Shown here piece by piece: positions 60,188 to 64,000 of a stretch of DNA of 64,000 nt. A program made the translations under genes and the position numbers. The stretch's first letter is position 1. Every line of letters begins with the position of its first letter. The stretch is taken from assembly GCA_965198175.1 (NCBI GenBank), contig OZ240245.1, positions 1,024,001 through 1,088,000 on the forward strand, written 5' to 3'. Source of the stretch: Candidatus Poribacteria bacterium. Lineage in GTDB: Bacteria > Poribacteria > WGA-4E > PCPOR2b. The notes under the pieces are model-generated. The model was not told the origin of the DNA. It ran no database searches and saw nothing but the letters and a program-made list of their open reading frames with translations.

Positions 60188-61201
60188 TTAGAATCCCCAG
60201 CAACCGCTGGGATTATAATTCCGAGAGAAGGAAAGGCCAAATGTTATCGGCATCATGTCTTGGCTTTCCAAACTAAAGAATGGTCTATCCACTCGCAATT
60301 CAAGATTCAATCGACTCTGAGTGAGGCGTAGAACCTCTATTCCGACGACACCGTAGATACCCAAGCCACTATCATCTTCTGAATCGTAATCGACATACTC
60401 ATCCTCGTACCATTCATCGCGGAACCAATCTTTTCTACGATCTGCTTTAATTACTTGCGTTTCGTAGCTGGCTCCGACTATGGCGAGCCCACCGCCCACA
60501 TAGGGCGAAATGTTCTGTTTGTTGAAGAAGTAGCGTCCGCCAATCGACCAACTGAAGAAAGTAAAACCTTCGCTGTCGTCCTCATCCTCGTTTCCGCTAA
60601 ATCGTCCCTCGGTCCCGATTGAATAAGATGGTGTCTGGTAGGTCCAACCAAACTGCCAACCGGGTTCGGCTATTATATCTGTGCCCGGAATGGTGGTTCC
60701 GAAGATGCCTATATGCCAAAGGGACTCACCCGATATCTTCCGGAGTTCGCGAGCCTCCTGCTCGGCAACGCTCTCCATGTCAACGGTAGCGGCGATTGTC
60801 TTACGGTGGACAAGGGCATCAACCAGCCTCGGTGCTGCCGGGATCATCTCTTCGATATTTGCTAGAGTCATCTGCCGCTCAACGATAACCGTTCCGATGG
60901 GGCTTTCCTGACTCAAGCGCACGAAAATCTTCTCACCTAGACGGCGCAGTACAACGCGATAGACATTCGCTGGAGCCGGTGTTTCGTAAACAGGCTCGCC
61001 GACTGAAATGCCCTGCTTGCGGAGCTCATCACACACCAACATCGCAGCCGTCTGCGCGTCGGATTCGGGGATACCTGGATGGTCGCCAATCAAGCAAACA
61101 GCAGCGGCAGGTGCATCAACCTGCGCGAATGCGGGGAAAACAGCTAAAACGAGAAAAACAAGACCAAACAAGCAATTCCATGTTGTTTTCGGATGAAACA
61201 T
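60188..61201 (-). CDS. Hypothetical exported protein with C-terminal outer-membrane beta-barrel-like domain
   Basis: Signal peptide AFA-Q; GGRYFF...SPYVGGG, GIYGVVGIE alternating strands. Confidence 0.7.
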   Translation of the reverse strand: MFHPKTTWNCLFGLVFLVLAVFPAFAQVDAPAAAVCLIGDHPGIPESDAQTAAMLVCDELRKQGISVGEPVYETPAPANVYRVVLRRLGEKIFVRLSQESPIGTVIVERQMTLANIEEMIPAAPRLVDALVHRKTIAATVDMESVAEQEARELRKISGESLWHIGIFGTTIPGTDIIAEPGWQFGWTYQTPSYSIGTEGRFSGNEDEDDSEGFTFFSWSIGGRYFFNKQNISPYVGGGLAIVGASYETQVIKADRRKDWFRDEWYEDEYVDYDSEDDSGLGIYGVVGIEVLRLTQSRLNLELRVDRPFFSLESQDMMPITFGLSFSRNYNPSGCWGF

Positions 61202-61333
61202 CTTAAAGTCTCCTTTTGCGTGTGCAACTTTTATCTTCAAAGTCAAGAGTACCTGTACTTTAATCTATGCGATCGCATTTGTATCTATCGTGTATGCCAC
61301 ACAGTAATTTTCCCGATCGCTGCGCTGCGCTTT

Positions 61334-62185
61334 TTACTGGATGTCAGCAACTTCTTGCAGTCGCTGCAAAAGTGATTCAGATGCGCGACGGGACTGCCGC
61401 AAGTTGAATCGCTTCACCGCTTCTTCGGCGCGGAAGATGTTGCCTCGGTAATAACGCGAGAAAACAATCCCTCCCCACAACGCCGCATCCACATAATGTT
61501 GGTCTAACACCGCATCAACGGTGAGATAGCCGAGAACACTGTTCAGTGCGAGCGCGTTTAATCCGTTTCGCCAATTCCCTGCGTAGACTTGGCCTGCCCC
61601 CGGGAGGATTGCCGACAACACTTTGGCTAATCTAGTGGATTTCTGCGGCACATTGACTGCATTCTCAAGAAGGGTATCAAGCTTCTCGTCCCTGGTATAG
61701 TCCTGTAACACCTCACGCGCCTCCTCCCATCGGAACTGGTAGATAAAGGCAATGGCTTGTAAGAAAAGCGCGCGACGGTAAAACGGTGCGGAAGGGTTTT
61801 GCATCGTCACCTTTATCAATTCAAGCCGTCCAAAATCGTAGCTCTGGTTGGCGATGAGTATCACGGCGAGTTCCAGTTGGTATTCCGACTTTTCTTCTCG
61901 ATTCGCCGCGTGTTGCACCGCAGTGCGCATAGCAGCAATAGCTTCTTGCCAATACCCCTGTTCTCGATAGGCGAAGCCGATGTTGCGATATGTTTCCCCT
62001 GCGCGGGGGTCTTCTGGATGAAAGTAGAGGAAACGTTTATACTCAGTAATGGCAGCATCATAATTGCCCAATTTTAAAAAATGGGATCCCAGAGAAAGGG
62101 GAGACACTTCTGCGATTGCGGTGAAACCGCAGAAAAGTGAAAGCGTTGCGGCAAGAACGGCAAATACGACACACTTCAGATTCAT
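61334..62185 (-). CDS. TPR protein with C-terminal hydrophobic (TM2/DUF5683-like) region
   Basis: GNYDAAITEYKRFL; KS..LA..LSAILPGAGQVYAG. Confidence 0.78.
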   Translation of the reverse strand: MNLKCVVFAVLAATLSLFCGFTAIAEVSPLSLGSHFLKLGNYDAAITEYKRFLYFHPEDPRAGETYRNIGFAYREQGYWQEAIAAMRTAVQHAANREEKSEYQLELAVILIANQSYDFGRLELIKVTMQNPSAPFYRRALFLQAIAFIYQFRWEEAREVLQDYTRDEKLDTLLENAVNVPQKSTRLAKVLSAILPGAGQVYAGNWRNGLNALALNSVLGYLTVDAVLDQHYVDAALWGGIVFSRYYRGNIFRAEEAVKRFNLRQSRRASESLLQRLQEVADIQ

Positions 62186-62226
62186 CGCAACTCCAACTAT
62201 TTGGCTAACAACGACGCGGGGATAAC

Positions 62227-63102
62227 TCAATACGACAATTTTATGGACAACGTTGCCAAGAATTCGTCCTCTACGTAGCGATTGTAGACACGCGCCGAAA
62301 TTACGGAGCCGTAAATATTGCCGACATAGAAGATTCCGCTGAATGCGCCGAGTGCCCATCCTTTTACTGATGAAAGCCCATCCCGCCGGAAACCGTCGTA
62401 AGCTTGCCATCCTGTTAAGCTGACAGTAAGCAAGGTAGTCAGTGCATCGCCGAAGCGGCCTGTATAGATTCGACCAGCGCCGGGTATAATTGTGGAGAGA
62501 ATTCCTGCCAAAAATGGACTGCGGCTCGGCAACTGCGTGCCCTGAATCGCGTAATTATGATAGAGTGTTGCGCTTTCCCCGACCCCCGCCACGTTCGATT
62601 CCTGCAGCCCGTCGAAGATCTTGTCGGCTTCAAGCCACCTCTTTTGCATCAGAAAAGAGAGCCCGATTAGTTCTTGTGATGCGGCACGAAGCCGTAAATC
62701 AGCTATGTGCGGCAACGCTGCATCAAGGTAGTTTACAGATTGCCGAAACTGTTCCATGAGAAAATAGGAGACGCCAATATGATAGTGTGCACCATTCGTC
62801 AACTGGCTGTCGGGAAATGTCTGTATAAACGTCTCAAATGTCCGTATTGCCTTATCGGATTTACCACCTAGGCGATAACAGAGGCCAATTCTATAGTGGA
62901 TTCCATCGTTTTCCCGATGCCGAAAAAAAAGACAGCGTTGATATTCACCCGCAGCGCGGAGGTAGTCACCCTGCTCGTATAGAAAATCGGCGAATTTACG
63001 GATATGTTCGGGGCTGTAGTAGTCACTACGCTCCTCAGCACTTACAACAGATAGCTGCGCTGTGCTGAGGAGGATTATGAGAGTGAATCGTCGTAGCTGC
63101 AT
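62227..63102 (-). CDS. TPR protein with C-terminal hydrophobic (TM2/DUF5683-like) region
   Basis: FADFLY.QGDYLRA..EY.R, TPR repeats, RSPFLAGILS.IIPGAG.IY.G. Confidence 0.78.
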   Translation of the reverse strand: MQLRRFTLIILLSTAQLSVVSAEERSDYYSPEHIRKFADFLYEQGDYLRAAGEYQRCLFFRHRENDGIHYRIGLCYRLGGKSDKAIRTFETFIQTFPDSQLTNGAHYHIGVSYFLMEQFRQSVNYLDAALPHIADLRLRAASQELIGLSFLMQKRWLEADKIFDGLQESNVAGVGESATLYHNYAIQGTQLPSRSPFLAGILSTIIPGAGRIYTGRFGDALTTLLTVSLTGWQAYDGFRRDGLSSVKGWALGAFSGIFYVGNIYGSVISARVYNRYVEDEFLATLSIKLSY

Positions 63103-63171
63103 ACTATGGATACGAAATCATCCGCCTTCGGTTGCCCTGTAGGGAAGCGATCTTGCAACTTCCTAAATCAA

Positions 63172-63648
63172 CTACTTCCACTCTGCATAATCTGAAACCG
63201 GATCGATGTATTTGTCTGTGGCTTCATCTTTATGGTGATGCCTCGACTGCGAACCGTTGCATCGGAGCAGCCGGTCTGCAGTAAGCAATATGCCCGGCAG
63301 CATGCCGTATTTCTGAATACACGCCATGCCGAAACGTGAACAACTCGGTACAAAGTTGCACGCTGGGCCATCTTGACTAGAGATGAATTTCTGATACAAC
63401 CGCATCAATCCGGTCGCGGCGAGTTTCAGTTCCGAAATCTCCTGAGGATTAAAGTGGACAATTTCCTGTGGTTTCGGAGTTGTGATTGGGTTGACCTTAA
63501 GGATGAATGCTAAGTCGGCTGCTTCATCCGCTGACGTGGACGAAACGAGGATGATGGAGAATAAACAGAAAGGAACTATAAGGACAGCGCGAGCTGAGAC
63601 ACAAGCAGCTTGACCGACAAAACTGGTTAATTTGGGAATGTTTACCAT
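63172..63648 (-). CDS. yidD: YidD-like (membrane protein insertion efficiency factor / haemolytic domain) protein with N-terminal extension
   Basis: LYQKFIS....ACNFVPSCS.F...I.KYG...G......RLLRCN. Confidence 0.75.
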   Translation of the reverse strand: MVNIPKLTSFVGQAACVSARAVLIVPFCLFSIILVSSTSADEAADLAFILKVNPITTPKPQEIVHFNPQEISELKLAATGLMRLYQKFISSQDGPACNFVPSCSRFGMACIQKYGMLPGILLTADRLLRCNGSQSRHHHKDEATDKYIDPVSDYAEWK

Positions 63649-64000
63649 TTAACCACCTTAACCTTTACAAACTCCGGAATTGTGAAATTTAGCCTCGGGT
63701 TCGGCGTCGCCGCGTTCACCTGTGGGTTGCCATAGATTATCCGCTCATGTTGGAAAACTTCAGATTTTACCGCATACGCTCTAGACGTAACCGTTAGCGG
63801 AATTATACCCTAAATCCGTCTATAGGACAATGCTCTTTGCTTTATTGGGTATAAGACAGTCCTGGCTGGAACCTACCCCGATGTTTTCTGCAATTTCACT
63901 ATTAGCTTGCTGCTTCCGTTACTTAGCCCCCAATTATCAATTGTCGGGCAAACGACTCCCACTGCTGCCATTCTCTCCGAAGCAATCGAGTTTTTGCTCG

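Overview
A 64-kb gene-dense bacterial chromosomal segment with no rRNA, tRNA or CRISPR array that I could detect. The gene content is typical of Candidatus Poribacteria-like sponge symbionts (inference only): tandem lipoprotein LivJ-type binding proteins, WD40 and TPR proteins, C-type lectin-domain proteins, PhyH dioxygenase, a double-vWA protein and a BlaI regulator. Housekeeping genes include hisI-trpE-trpG, hisD, mobA, minCDE and a larA-family racemase. There is a Fur-box-preceded iron module (porin, imelysin, di-heme protein, Rieske ferredoxin, IsdG-like monooxygenase), a YidD/TPR/membrane-protein cluster, several disrupted genes and an IS5-like fragment. Most notable features absent from or unexplained by the ORF track: (1) a complete ribosome-mediated attenuator whose leader peptide interleaves His and Trp codons (HGWHWWH) ahead of a hybrid hisI-trpE-trpG operon; (2) an intact, full-length EF-Tu paralog with degenerate GTPase and tRNA-binding motifs behind a hairpin-closed purine-rich leader; (3) a ~420-bp nested-palindrome MITE/REP-like element; (4) a one-gene cassette flanked by a synonymous-variant duplication of the imelysin 3' end; (5) a ~400-nt structured non-coding region next to an orphan gene.
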